From Candidatus Woesearchaeota archaeon B3_Woes (GTDB taxonomy: Archaea > Nanobdellota > Nanobdellia > Woesearchaeales > B3-WOES), in the NCBI GenBank assembly GCA_005222965.1, contig NJBG01000001.1, forward strand, positions 332,323-396,322: 64,000 nt of DNA. The letters run 5' to 3'. Numbering within the stretch: position 1 is the stretch's first letter; each line of letters opens with the position of its first letter. The notes below the pieces were generated by a model. The model was not told the origin of the DNA, ran no database searches, and saw only the letters and a program-made list of their open reading frames with translations. Shown here in pieces: positions 30,126 to 40,729 of this stretch. The position numbers were made by a program, and so were the translations under genes.

Positions 30126-31457
30126 TTAAAATACAATTTTATTTTCTTTTTCCTTAACCTTTCTCATAGCAGTTGGTGCAGAACCACCATGCCATGACAA
30201 CCGAGGCCTTACTCTTATAGGATACATTCTTTCATTTAAATCATCAAACACAACTCCAGAACCAGCCAAGTCAGGCAAATTATTCAACTGTTTGTCTAGA
30301 CCCTCTCTCATATAACTCTGCATAATTGTCCCCAAGGCATCTATATCAATCTTAGCTGTTAACCTATGTGATATAACAATATCTGATTGAGTCATAACAT
30401 CCTCATGTATCTTACCTGGTTGTTGGGATGCTAAAATCAAACTTATTCCAGGTTGTCTTCCTTCTCTTAAAATTGTTATCAACGCATCTGAAGATGTTGT
30501 TTTTCCTTCTCTTGGTAAAAATTCATGAGCCTCATCAATAACCAACCACACGAGAGGGTATTCAAGTTTCTCTTTTACCTCCTCTATTAGAGCATAAGCA
30601 GAAGCATGGACTGATTCGTGTTCTTCTTTTTTCCTGGCTATCATCCTTTCCAAAAATAATTTTTTAGACACCAACCCAATTACTAAAGCTCTTATTCCTT
30701 CAGCGCCAGGCGTAATAGCATAACAACTTACATCTAAAATAGTTACTTGACCTCCAATAATCAAATCAGATAAAGCAGTTCCTTCTCTATCAAATAGCCC
30801 CCATGAATTTGCTGCAATAAACCTGTTTGTTGTTGAATCAATTATATATTTATGTGCATCTTTCTCTTTCTGAACAGCATTTATTATATCTTTAATATCA
30901 TAATTTTCTTCTTGTTCGTTCAGATGAGAAATTATTTTATCAATAAAAGCTCCTTGTTCAGAATTAATGTCAATATCAAATGTCAAACACCAATCTGTCG
31001 GGCTTAGTTCTGATGGTTTAATAGAAAAAGAGAAATCTGTTGGAATCCCTTCTTTCTGAAAGGTTTTATGATATCTTTTAGGAGTATATATTTTAATATC
31101 TAATGCAGTTGCCTTTAAGCCCCACTCTCCTAATAATTTTTTATCTTTTTGATTGGGATATTTCATTGTCCAATAAATGCCCATTGTATCGAGCATAACA
31201 ACAGCAATATTTGAAGAAATTTCTGGTGGCAAAGATGACATTCCTTCACATACAACACCCATCGTATATGACTTACCAGAACCTCTTTTTCCACATATAA
31301 AAACAACGTGGCTTGTTGTAGTATCCATATAGATTGGGTTAGAAAGAGATGTAATTTGACCCATTTTTACATATTGTTTACCGAGTAATATGGCCCCTTT
31401 TGTGCCATATTTCTCTCTATCTGCTTTGGTTCTCCCGATAATTACCTCATATGCCAT
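30126..31457 (-). CDS. HerA/FtsK-superfamily ATPase (DUF87)
   Basis: GKRGSGKS Walker A, LVIDEAH Walker B, REGRQPG, ASQQP. Confidence 0.88.
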   Translation of the reverse strand: MAYEVIIGRTKADREKYGTKGAILLGKQYVKMGQITSLSNPIYMDTTTSHVVFICGKRGSGKSYTMGVVCEGMSSLPPEISSNIAVVMLDTMGIYWTMKYPNQKDKKLLGEWGLKATALDIKIYTPKRYHKTFQKEGIPTDFSFSIKPSELSPTDWCLTFDIDINSEQGAFIDKIISHLNEQEENYDIKDIINAVQKEKDAHKYIIDSTTNRFIAANSWGLFDREGTALSDLIIGGQVTILDVSCYAITPGAEGIRALVIGLVSKKLFLERMIARKKEEHESVHASAYALIEEVKEKLEYPLVWLVIDEAHEFLPREGKTTSSDALITILREGRQPGISLILASQQPGKIHEDVMTQSDIVISHRLTAKIDIDALGTIMQSYMREGLDKQLNNLPDLAGSGVVFDDLNERMYPIRVRPRLSWHGGSAPTAMRKVKEKENKIVF

Positions 31458-31598
31458 TCTTTAATAACACCACTCCTTCAATGTTATAAACCTTTTTTTA
31501 AACTTCAAAGTAGAAAAAACATAAGCTTTATTAATAACTACTTAGTATTTTGTTAAATATTGCTAAAAATTAAAGATTATACTTAAAAAGGTGATGAA

Positions 31599-32927
31599 AT
31601 GGTTGAAGATAATTTTATACAAGAAGAATATACCCCGGTAAAAGATAGTTTTGATGAGTCTGCTAATTTTAATTACGAAGAAAAAATAGAAGAGAAAAAG
31701 TTTGTTGATGAAACACCAAAAACAGAGATAAAAAAAGAAAATATTCAATCTAAACTGCCTGTTTCTGAAGATGCACCCAAAGCAGTTGAAACAAAAAAAC
31801 CAAAAGCTAAACCTATAAAAAAGAAGGAAATTTCTAGACCTAAAAAAACAAAGGAAATTTCAGATGAGAAAAAGCCTAGAATAAATAAGAAGAAGATAAA
31901 AACAAATCTAACTGCTTTTAAAAAATACATTCAATTTCCTAAAAATAAGAAGAAGAAAAGTAAAGCCAAATTAAAAAATACTGCAACAATCGGGGCAATA
32001 ATTGCAATTATAGTTATAGTTGTATTGATTCTAAATATAAACAATATATTCCCAGACCAAGGAACTCCAGTTGCAATCGTCAATAATGAGATAATAACAG
32101 ATATAGATCTTGAAACAACTGCAAAAACATTACCTCCTGAGTTTCAACTTTCTTTAACAGATGAAGGATTACTAAATCAAACTGTAATGAATGTAGTGTT
32201 ACTGCAAGAAGCAAAAAAACAAGGACTAGAAACAACAAATGATGAAGTTCAGGAAACCATCAATCAAATAATGTTGACTAATCAAATAACACAAAAAGAA
32301 TTCAAAGAAAATCTTAAACAACAGGGTTTAACAATGAAGGATATGGAAAAATTCTATAAAGAATATATATCTATAGGAAAACTAGTACAAACAAATGTTT
32401 TTTCTAATATTACAATAACTCCGGAAGAAGTTAGGGAATTTTATGATAATTCAGACCTAAATGCAACATTTGAAGAATCAGAACAGGAAATAGTTAATTT
32501 TATAGCTCAACAAAAACAAGTAAAAGCTTTAAACAACTATATTGCTGAATTAATGGATAAATCGGACATAAGAATACTTAATAAAGAAGAAATAACAACT
32601 CAATCTTTTTCATCAGAAGAAGTTGAAAAATATTCAACATGTGCTGTTGAAAACGGTCTGAAAAAAGACGCAATTGTATTTGTCTATTCTGAATCATGCC
32701 CTCATTGTCTAAGAATGAAGCCAATAGTTACAGACTTAGAAGTAGAAGAATATAATTTCAAATGGATTTCTGCATCTGATAATGAAGCAAAAACAATCTT
32801 AAGAAACTGTTTTAGTGATGTTTTAGCAGGAGGAGTACCTCAATTTATCTGTGCTAAAAATGGCCAAACAATTGTTGGTGAAACACCAAAAGAAACATTA
32901 AGAGCATTTGCTCAAAGTTGTCAATAA
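31599..32927 (+). CDS. Membrane-anchored SurA-N-domain chaperone fused to a thioredoxin domain
   Basis: Charged N-terminus, one TM, VAIVNNEIIT...LLQEAKKQG (SurA/PrsA N-domain), CPHC and GGVPQF. Confidence 0.75.
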   Translation: MVEDNFIQEEYTPVKDSFDESANFNYEEKIEEKKFVDETPKTEIKKENIQSKLPVSEDAPKAVETKKPKAKPIKKKEISRPKKTKEISDEKKPRINKKKIKTNLTAFKKYIQFPKNKKKKSKAKLKNTATIGAIIAIIVIVVLILNINNIFPDQGTPVAIVNNEIITDIDLETTAKTLPPEFQLSLTDEGLLNQTVMNVVLLQEAKKQGLETTNDEVQETINQIMLTNQITQKEFKENLKQQGLTMKDMEKFYKEYISIGKLVQTNVFSNITITPEEVREFYDNSDLNATFEESEQEIVNFIAQQKQVKALNNYIAELMDKSDIRILNKEEITTQSFSSEEVEKYSTCAVENGLKKDAIVFVYSESCPHCLRMKPIVTDLEVEEYNFKWISASDNEAKTILRNCFSDVLAGGVPQFICAKNGQTIVGETPKETLRAFAQSCQ

Positions 32928-32931
32928 TTTT

Positions 32932-33471
32932 TTATTTTAGTTCTTTTAATATATATTTTTCTAATATTTTTTTAGAAGAAATAGTCATTTTAGAAGGAGT
33001 TAAAAGTAATTTCTTCAATTCATCAATATTAAAATATCTTATCTCTTCTATTTCTTCTTTATCTATCTTAAATTTTGTTAAAGGTATATCTTTTTTTATT
33101 AAGAAAATCTTTGCAAATCTCTTATTTAATCCTTTATGTGATGTTTTTATTTTTATAAATTTCTCTTTTGCAACTTCTTTCAAATCTTGATTATTTAATG
33201 TAATTCCAAGTTCTTCTTTGGATTCTCTTAGTGCAGCAACTTCATAGCTCTGATTAATAGGGAAATGGCCTCCAATAGAATGATCCCATAAATGATTATC
33301 TTTTCTTTTTTGGAGTAAAACTTCTTTATTAGAATTAATCAAATAAACATATACTTCCCTATGTAAAATCCCTTTTGTGTGAACTTCTTTTCTTGTAGTA
33401 CTTCCAATAACATTATCAAATTCATCAACAACATCAATAATTTCATTTGGATCATGAGAAATTTTATTCAT
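32932..33471 (-). CDS. Nudix hydrolase (IDI/YfcD-like)
   Basis: H..GILHR, LLQKR, GGH, AALRESKEELG Nudix box. Confidence 0.85.
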   Translation of the reverse strand: MNKISHDPNEIIDVVDEFDNVIGSTTRKEVHTKGILHREVYVYLINSNKEVLLQKRKDNHLWDHSIGGHFPINQSYEVAALRESKEELGITLNNQDLKEVAKEKFIKIKTSHKGLNKRFAKIFLIKKDIPLTKFKIDKEEIEEIRYFNIDELKKLLLTPSKMTISSKKILEKYILKELK

Positions 33472-33481
33472 TTTTACAATT

Positions 33482-34159
33482 CTATTTTTTCTTACAAACA
33501 AAAAACATATGATCTTTTTCAAAAGGATCTAACTTTCTTTCATCAATTATAACTAATTCTTTCTCTATTTCTTGTCTAACCTTTTTGAAAATCTCTCCTG
33601 GTTTTTTAGTAACATCAATGCTTCTCGCTTTTACAGCTATTAAAGCGTAACCATCTTTCTTCAAAAACAATCTACAGTTTTCCAAAAATATTCGAGATTG
33701 TTGTTTTTGTGCAATATCTTGATAAACAATGTCAACCTCTTTTGTTATTTTGTCTTTATATTTTTCAGGAAGACTTGCATTTTCTAATAAAGGGGCCATA
33801 TTTTTTCTTAATTCACATAAAAAATATAATTCCCTAACTACTCTTGGAGCAAAATCCAATGCAAAAACAAAACCTTCTTTTCCAACAATATCTGATATAT
33901 GAGATGGTGTTGTGCCAGTTGAAGCGCCGAGATAAAGAACAACATCTTTTTTTCTTATTCCTATATTAGGGCACCCTTTTAAGATAGCAGCCCCTAATTT
34001 TGATTTACGGTGATTCCACTCTCTATATTCTCCATCACTTTGTTTAACTAATCTCTCATCATAAACCTTTTTACCAGGAGTTAAATTTAGTGTATAAAGA
34101 TATTTCTTTCTACCTTTTTCCTCTTCATAAACTTCAAATATCTTAGATTTCTTTATCAT
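33482..34159 (-). CDS. flpA: Fibrillarin-like rRNA/tRNA 2'-O-methyltransferase
   Basis: YREW...SKLGAAI, VLYLGASTGTT.SH, YQDIAQ, KARSID. Confidence 0.95.
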   Translation of the reverse strand: MIKKSKIFEVYEEEKGRKKYLYTLNLTPGKKVYDERLVKQSDGEYREWNHRKSKLGAAILKGCPNIGIRKKDVVLYLGASTGTTPSHISDIVGKEGFVFALDFAPRVVRELYFLCELRKNMAPLLENASLPEKYKDKITKEVDIVYQDIAQKQQSRIFLENCRLFLKKDGYALIAVKARSIDVTKKPGEIFKKVRQEIEKELVIIDERKLDPFEKDHMFFVCKKK

Positions 34160-34776
34160 TATAAAACACCAATCTTTTTTAACTTTCTTTTAAGCTTTTT
34201 ACCGTTTCTAAAATGGATTGCATTAATTCCTAATTCTTTTGAAGGCACTATGTCATCTTTATAATTATCACCTATCATAATTGTTTCAGAAGGCTTAACT
34301 TTAAAATAAGATAAAACTGCTCTAAAGTTTTTCTTATCTGGTTTTATTGAACCAAGTTCATATGAAAAAAAGAATTTATCTATATATTTTTTTAAAATAG
34401 ATTTTTTTATTAAAATTCCATGAAAATGAGTAATATTTGATAAGAGAGCAACTTTATACCTTTTTTTATTTAATGTTCTTAACAAAGGAACAGAATATTT
34501 ATACAAAGAAGATTCTGATTCTATTTTTCTCCTATATAATGCATTTTTTTTAATAATGATATGATCATGCTTAATCTGGAGTATATCAAACATTTTTTTA
34601 TAATCTTTTTCAAAACTATCAGATTTGTGCATATGAAATGTTTTTTCAAAAGTTTTTCTTACCTTTCTTAGAGAGTGTTTTCTTGCTAATTTCTCATAAA
34701 TCCATTCAACAGTGCCTTTTTTATGTCTTTTATACTCTAAAGTGCTCCACAAATCAAATATGATTAACTTTATCAT
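34159..34776 (-). CDS. HAD-superfamily hydrolase
   Basis: IIFDLWSTL, LLSN, KP, MIGD...DD. Confidence 0.85.
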   Translation of the reverse strand: MIKLIIFDLWSTLEYKRHKKGTVEWIYEKLARKHSLRKVRKTFEKTFHMHKSDSFEKDYKKMFDILQIKHDHIIIKKNALYRRKIESESSLYKYSVPLLRTLNKKRYKVALLSNITHFHGILIKKSILKKYIDKFFFSYELGSIKPDKKNFRAVLSYFKVKPSETIMIGDNYKDDIVPSKELGINAIHFRNGKKLKRKLKKIGVL

Positions 34777-35489
34777 TTAAACTTTTCCTCAATTTCTTTC
34801 ATTAATTTATCACCAATAAATTTCCCTTTAGCATAATCCACCCTCGAAGCAATACTTATCTTACTAGCCAAAATTCTAGCTGCTTTTCCAACATCTGTTC
34901 TTTTAACTTTTGAAATTAAAGGATGTGAATGTAAAACACCATACTTAGGACACTTTGCTCCTGTCTTAATATGTCTAAACAAAGCTTCTTCTGCTCCTAA
35001 TAACTGAACAGTTGAGGAAGGCATTACCATTAAATTTCTCAGTGAACCAGCATGTTGTATAAGCTTAGCACCAATTAAAGATCCAGAAATTGCTGTTATA
35101 TTTGGACAAACTTTCTCCATCATTACTTCAATATAATCTTCTTGTTTTTCTTTAAGTTTAAACAATTCATTTATCTGTTCACTCAGCTTCACTAAAGGCT
35201 TTAAATCATTTTTACTTAAATCAGCACCAACACTATCTTTTGATTTTTTATCCTTTTTATCTAAAATTGCTTTTATAAAAGACAAATGGTCTTGCATATC
35301 GTTTGAAAATTCTGGATTATAATAAGAATACCACTCTCTCAAATCTTTTGAAAGTATATTTATGACTTTATTCAAATCCTCAATATGATTGATAGTTTGG
35401 ATTATTAATATATCATCTGTTACACTTTCTTTAAGCTTTTTTTTTGTTTCTTTTAAATTTAGTTCTCTAAGCTTATCCAAATTTTTCAT
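34773..35489 (-). CDS. nop5: Nop5 (Nop56/58) C/D RNP protein, short form
   Basis: LREWY, CPN, PSSTVQLLGAEEALF, PKYG, ARILASKI. Confidence 0.92.
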   Translation of the reverse strand: MKNLDKLRELNLKETKKKLKESVTDDILIIQTINHIEDLNKVINILSKDLREWYSYYNPEFSNDMQDHLSFIKAILDKKDKKSKDSVGADLSKNDLKPLVKLSEQINELFKLKEKQEDYIEVMMEKVCPNITAISGSLIGAKLIQHAGSLRNLMVMPSSTVQLLGAEEALFRHIKTGAKCPKYGVLHSHPLISKVKRTDVGKAARILASKISIASRVDYAKGKFIGDKLMKEIEEKFK

Positions 35490-35570
35490 AATCCAGATAG
35501 ATTTAAGAGACTATTTAAATATTACTTAAAATCGTAAACTATATAAACAATCGAAACAGATAAAATTTGC

Positions 35571-36080
35571 ATGATTGAAATAAGAATTCATGGAAGAGGT
35601 GGTCAGGGTGCTGTTACAGCAGCACAACTTCTTGCAATCGCTGCTTTTCATGACGGAAAGTATGCTCAGGCTTTTCCAATGTTTGGGGTAGAAAGAAGAG
35701 GCGCACCTGCAACAAGCTTTGTTAGAATAGATAATAAACCAATAAACATAAGAGAACAAATATACAACCCAGATTACATTATTGTCTTTGATCCTTCTCT
35801 TATTAAAATTGTAGATGCAAAAAAAGGTGTTAAAAAAGAGATAATTGTCAACAGTGATAAAAAAATAGATGGTTGTTATGGCCAAGACCTAACAAGCAAA
35901 GCTCTAAAAATATTTGGTAAACCCATTATCAACACATTAATCTTAGGAACATTTGCAGCAAGAACAAAAGTTGTATCATTAGAGAGTCTAAAAAAAGCAA
36001 TTGATCAGAAATTTAAAGGTGATATTGCCAAAAAAAACAAAATAGCTATTGAGGATGTTTATCATGAATCAAAAAATTAA
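35571..36080 (+). CDS. porC: Pyruvate/2-oxoacid:ferredoxin oxidoreductase gamma subunit
   Basis: HGRGGQG, FGVERRGAP. Confidence 0.93.
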   Translation: MIEIRIHGRGGQGAVTAAQLLAIAAFHDGKYAQAFPMFGVERRGAPATSFVRIDNKPINIREQIYNPDYIIVFDPSLIKIVDAKKGVKKEIIVNSDKKIDGCYGQDLTSKALKIFGKPIINTLILGTFAARTKVVSLESLKKAIDQKFKGDIAKKNKIAIEDVYHESKN

Positions 36081-36333
36081 TCCAGGTGCAGTAATAGACA
36101 CCCCAGGTAGCACTATGCAAACTAAAAAAGTTAGTTTTAGGAATCAAAAACCTGTAACAGATTATTCCAAATGTATTAAATGTGGGAAATGCTGGATAAA
36201 CTGCCCTGATATGGCTTTTGAGCCTCAAAAAGATGGCACTTTTAAAAATATTGAAAGATATTGCAAAGGGTGTGGGATATGTGCAAATGAATGTCCTGTT
36301 AAATGTATTAAAATGGAGGTAGTTCAACAGTGA
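36064..36333 (+). CDS. porD: POR delta subunit (2x[4Fe-4S])
   Basis: CIKCGKCWINCP and CKGCGICANECP. Confidence 0.93.
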   Translation: MNQKINPGAVIDTPGSTMQTKKVSFRNQKPVTDYSKCIKCGKCWINCPDMAFEPQKDGTFKNIERYCKGCGICANECPVKCIKMEVVQQ

Positions 36334-37457
36334 AAAAAATACAAGAAGCTTCAAGAGCAGTAGCAGAAGCTGTTAAACTATGCAGACCTCAAGTTATTCC
36401 TATGTATCCTATCACCCCTCAAACTCATAATGTAGAGGCATTAGCAGAATACATAAACAATGGAGAACTAAAAGCAACACCAATTCTAGCAGAATCAGAA
36501 CACTCTGTTATGAGTGCTGCAATTGGCTCAAGCGCAGTAGGAGCAAGAACATACACAGCATCTTCTTCACAAGGAATAGCTCTAATGAATGAGATACTTT
36601 TCATCGCTGCTGGTATGAGAATGCCAATTGTTATGATGGTTGCAAACAGAGCTCTCTCAGCCCCAATCAATATATGGAATGATCACCAAGATCAAATAAG
36701 TGTCAGAGATACAGGATGGATTCAATTTTTTGTTGAAAACACTCAAGAAGCAGTAGATACAATAATTCAATCTTTCAAAATTGCAGAACACAAAGATGTT
36801 TTACTTCCTGTTATGATGGGCATGGATGGATTTACACTATCACATGTCTTTGAAAATGTAGAAATCCCTTCTCAAAAAAATGTTGATTTATTCTTACCTA
36901 AAAAAACTAAAAGGTTTATATTAGATTCAAAAAAACCAGTTACAATGGGTCCAATAGGTGGACCAGACACTTATATGGAAATAAGAAAAACAAATCAAGA
37001 TGCAATACTAAATTCTAAAAAAATCATAAAACAAATTCACAATGAATTCAAAAATAAGTTTGGAAGAGGCTATGGTGATGGAACAATAGAGTGTTATAAA
37101 ACAAAAGACGCGCAAAAAATATTAATATGTATGGGAACAATTGCCGGAACTTCAAAAGTTGTAGTTGATGAACTAAGAGTAAAAGGACAAAAAGTTGGAT
37201 TAATGAAAGTTAGATTATTTAGGCCTTTCCCAAAAGAAGAAATAATAAAAGCCCTAGAAAAATCAAAAGACATAATTGTTCTAGACAGAAATATTTCCCT
37301 TGGTAATAATGGAGCTTTATTTACTGAAATAAGGGATTGTATGTATGGAAGAAAATGTAATATCAAAGGTTATGTTGTTGGATTAGGTGGAAGAGATGTT
37401 ACAAAAAAGCATATTAAAAAAGCATTTAATATGGTGAATCAAGAATGGCTGATATAA
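36330..37457 (+). CDS. porA: POR alpha subunit
   Basis: YPITPQT, ESEHS, NRALSAPINIWNDH. Confidence 0.95.
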   Translation: MKKIQEASRAVAEAVKLCRPQVIPMYPITPQTHNVEALAEYINNGELKATPILAESEHSVMSAAIGSSAVGARTYTASSSQGIALMNEILFIAAGMRMPIVMMVANRALSAPINIWNDHQDQISVRDTGWIQFFVENTQEAVDTIIQSFKIAEHKDVLLPVMMGMDGFTLSHVFENVEIPSQKNVDLFLPKKTKRFILDSKKPVTMGPIGGPDTYMEIRKTNQDAILNSKKIIKQIHNEFKNKFGRGYGDGTIECYKTKDAQKILICMGTIAGTSKVVVDELRVKGQKVGLMKVRLFRPFPKEEIIKALEKSKDIIVLDRNISLGNNGALFTEIRDCMYGRKCNIKGYVVGLGGRDVTKKHIKKAFNMVNQEWLI

Positions 37458-38344
37458 GTGGAATTTCAAGAGAAGAATTTTTAGCACCTGGACACACAGC
37501 ATGTTTAGGATGTGGAGAAGCTATTGCAATTAGACACATCCTTAAAGTGGCTGGAAAAAATACAATTATAGTCCAGGCAACAGGATGTCCAGAAGTTTAT
37601 ACTACTCTATATCCAAACACAGCATGGAGAATTCCATGGATTCATGTTGCATTTGAAAACGCTGCAGCAGTTGCATCTGGGGTGAGAGAAGGGTTAAACC
37701 AAGAAGATAAAAAAGATGTTAATGTTATAGCAATTGCAGGGGATGGTGGAACATTTGATATTGGCCTTCAGGCTCTAAGTGGCATGTTAGAGAGACATCA
37801 CAAGGTACTATACATATGTTTAGATAATGGTGCATATGAAAACACAGGAGTACAAAGATCAAGTGCTACTCCAAAATATGCATGGACAACAACCTCACCT
37901 ATTGGAAAAGAAATAAAAGGAAAAAGAGGATGGAAAAAGCCCATGCCTTTAATTGTTGCTGCGCACGAAATTCCTTATGTGGCAACAGCATCTTTATCTG
38001 ATTTACAAGATCTAATAAGAAAAGTAAGAAAAGCTTTAGCTATCGACGGACCATCATACATACAAATTTTGTGTCCTTGTATTCCTGGATGGAAAATGGA
38101 ATCAAATAAAACAATTGAATATTCTGATTTAGCTGTAAAAACAAAAATAAATCCCATCTATGAAATTGAAGGGGGTTTAGTCAAAGTTCAGGAAACAAAT
38201 AATCCATTACCTGTTATCAATTTCCTCAAAGATCAAGGAAGATTTAAACACTTAACATCTAAAGAAATTAAAAATATACAACAACATATTGATGAAAAGT
38301 ATAAAAAACTAAAAGATTTAGAGAATTCTAAGATAAAACTTTAA
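37445..38344 (+). CDS. porB: POR beta subunit
   Basis: GHTACLGCG, GDGGT.DIG TPP motif, NTGVQRS. Confidence 0.95.
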   Translation: MADISGISREEFLAPGHTACLGCGEAIAIRHILKVAGKNTIIVQATGCPEVYTTLYPNTAWRIPWIHVAFENAAAVASGVREGLNQEDKKDVNVIAIAGDGGTFDIGLQALSGMLERHHKVLYICLDNGAYENTGVQRSSATPKYAWTTTSPIGKEIKGKRGWKKPMPLIVAAHEIPYVATASLSDLQDLIRKVRKALAIDGPSYIQILCPCIPGWKMESNKTIEYSDLAVKTKINPIYEIEGGLVKVQETNNPLPVINFLKDQGRFKHLTSKEIKNIQQHIDEKYKKLKDLENSKIKL

Positions 38345-38360
38345 AGAGACAAAGACAGAG

Positions 38361-38654
38361 ATGACGCCACACCACCTAATTAATGAGATAGACCAAACAC
38401 AAATATGTCCTTATTGTAAAAATAACCTTACAGAACACAAATGGGATTCTATGTTTGAGATAAATCACCATTACAAAGAAACATTATGTAGTAAATGTAA
38501 CAAAAATATAATGATTAAGGTTAATTTTCATGGATCTGGTCATGATTGCTGGGACAGCAAATCCTGTTTTTGTAAATCAATGGGGAGAGCCCCTGTTGAT
38601 ACATTAGAAGAAAAATTAGAAGAAAAATTAAAAAAAGCTACCTTTTTTTCTTAG
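38361..38654 (+). CDS. Small zinc-ribbon hypothetical protein
   Basis: CPYC...CSKC, GSGHD. Confidence 0.65.
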   Translation: MTPHHLINEIDQTQICPYCKNNLTEHKWDSMFEINHHYKETLCSKCNKNIMIKVNFHGSGHDCWDSKSCFCKSMGRAPVDTLEEKLEEKLKKATFFS

Positions 38655-38949
38655 CTCGTTTCTTAGGCTTTGTTTTTCTAGCAGGTTTGCGCTTAGATTT
38701 TTTCTTAGTTGATTTGTTAACATAAGGTTTGGCTTTTTTTGCTTCTTTTTTTAATTCAGCTATTAAAAATCTCTCAATTTTTCTGCCTTCTTTTTGTGTT
38801 TCTGCAACAACTTTGCCTGCTATTCTTCTTGCGTCTTTTGTTTGTAACCACCCTTCTCTAACAAGTTTACCCATATGTTTATTCAACTCTTTTTTTGCTA
38901 GTGAAGCTAATCCAACACTTAAATAAAATCCTTTTTCTATTTTCTTCAT
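38638..38949 (-). CDS. Phasin-like/DUF-type small basic protein
   Basis: FYLSVGLASLAK...LVREG pattern; GAGGTGA SD; downstream of a UbiB kinase. Confidence 0.6.
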   Translation of the reverse strand: MKKIEKGFYLSVGLASLAKKELNKHMGKLVREGWLQTKDARRIAGKVVAETQKEGRKIERFLIAELKKEAKKAKPYVNKSTKKKSKRKPARKTKPKKRAKKKR

Positions 38950-38990
38950 TATATTTTCACCTCGTTTCTAAAAAATTGTTTTTGTTTTAT

Positions 38991-40649
38991 TTAAAATTTT
39001 CTTTCTTTTAATATAGATATTACAATAATTAAAACTAATAAGCCAGATATCAAAAAGCCCATAAACGAAAACGCAGACATATCCATTATTTGTATTTCAT
39101 TATATGGCAACATAATTGTTGAAGCAATAACTAAAGCAGCTATTATCATACCAAAAGTCACCCTATTTGAACTTTTATCCATCTCCATTATCAAATTTCG
39201 CATGTCTTTATCAATATACTTTAAACTTACATCAGCTTCTCTAACTTTTTTCAAGAAAAAAGAGGTTTTTTCAGGAATATTTATTGTGAAATCTTTTAGT
39301 TTTGTTGTTGCTTCCACAAAATTTTTAGCAGTTTGTTTTGGTCCTATTTTCTTTTTAATAAGTTTTTTAACAAAAGATTTACTTTGAACAGTTAATCTAA
39401 ACTCTTGATTATATCTTAATGCAATTCCTTCTAAAGTCATTAGCGTTTTTCCAAACAAAACAAAATCAAGAGGTATTCTAAAATTGTGTTTTTGTAATAA
39501 ACTCAAAACATCCTCCAAAACCTTACTAATAATTACATCTTTTAATTCTGCTCCTTGTAAAACCTTTATTCTATTTTCTAATTCAATTTTAAGAATTTTA
39601 AGATTTCCTCCTTCCATCCCCATCTCAGTTAAAGTTTCTATAATCTCATCAACATCATTTTTAATAATACCAACAAAAAGATTTGTAACATCATTCTTCA
39701 TCTTATCGTCAAATATTCCGACAATACCAAAATCAACAAAAGAGATTTTATTGTTTGGAAGAATTAATATATTTGCAGGATGAGGATCTGCATGAAAAAA
39801 ACCATCTACAAAAACTTGCTTTAAAATACAATCAAATCCTATCCTAATCATTTTATCAACATCATAATTTCTTTCTTTTACTTCATCTATATTATTTAGT
39901 TCAACTCCGTCAATAAAATCCATTGTTATGATTTTTTTAGTAGAATAATCATTATAAAGTTCAGGAATAACTATGTTCTTATCTTTTTTAAAATTGATTC
40001 CAAATACTTGAATGTTTGAAGCTTCTTGTTCAAAATCTATTTCTTTTTCCGTCCATCTTTGAAATTCATTAACAATTGCTACAGGATTAACTCCTCTAAT
40101 CTGATGATCATGGTTTTTCATATAATTTGCTAAGAATAACATTAAATCAATGTCTTTTTCCATTATTTGTTTTATTTTTGGTCTTTGGACTTTTACAGCC
40201 ACATTCTCACCTGTCCACAACTTTGCTTTATGAACCTGAGCAATAGAAGCAGATGCAATTGGCACTCCATCAAACTTTTTGAAGACATCTTTTAATGGTT
40301 TTTTAAACTCGCTTTCAACTATTTGTTTTGCTTCTTCTAAATGGATTGGAGGCACTTTATCTTGTAATTTTTCAAACTCCCTTACATAATCCATTGGTAT
40401 TAAATCTGGTCTTACACTTAGAAATTGTGCTAACTTTACAAACGCTCCTCCAAGCTCCTCAAAAACCTTTCTCAACATTTCTGGTTGAGTCTTCTTTTCC
40501 TTAAACTTACCTTTTTGTAATCTTTGGTGCAAACTTAATCTATCTTTTAATCTTAATTTTTCTATAAAAAAACCAAACTCATATTTAAAAAGAACATTGA
40601 TTATATGATCAAATCGTCTTATATCCCCGATTTTTTCAATTATTGACAT
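38991..40649 (-). CDS. ABC1/AarF/UbiB-family atypical kinase
   Basis: LGGAFVKLAQ, ASASIAQVH, VAVKVQRP, FFHADPHPAN, DFG. Confidence 0.93.
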   Translation of the reverse strand: MSIIEKIGDIRRFDHIINVLFKYEFGFFIEKLRLKDRLSLHQRLQKGKFKEKKTQPEMLRKVFEELGGAFVKLAQFLSVRPDLIPMDYVREFEKLQDKVPPIHLEEAKQIVESEFKKPLKDVFKKFDGVPIASASIAQVHKAKLWTGENVAVKVQRPKIKQIMEKDIDLMLFLANYMKNHDHQIRGVNPVAIVNEFQRWTEKEIDFEQEASNIQVFGINFKKDKNIVIPELYNDYSTKKIITMDFIDGVELNNIDEVKERNYDVDKMIRIGFDCILKQVFVDGFFHADPHPANILILPNNKISFVDFGIVGIFDDKMKNDVTNLFVGIIKNDVDEIIETLTEMGMEGGNLKILKIELENRIKVLQGAELKDVIISKVLEDVLSLLQKHNFRIPLDFVLFGKTLMTLEGIALRYNQEFRLTVQSKSFVKKLIKKKIGPKQTAKNFVEATTKLKDFTINIPEKTSFFLKKVREADVSLKYIDKDMRNLIMEMDKSSNRVTFGMIIAALVIASTIMLPYNEIQIMDMSAFSFMGFLISGLLVLIIVISILKERKF

Positions 40650-40729
40650 ATTAACAAAAAAAAGTTATAGATATATAAAACTTATGTTTGCCCAAACATT
40701 TAAATAAGCTTTTTGTTTGTAACATAATT

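Noticed and set aside
30126..31457. HerA-based defence system or HerA-NurA repair operon
   Set aside because: No nurA, mre11, rad50, sirtuin or nuclease gene is adjacent
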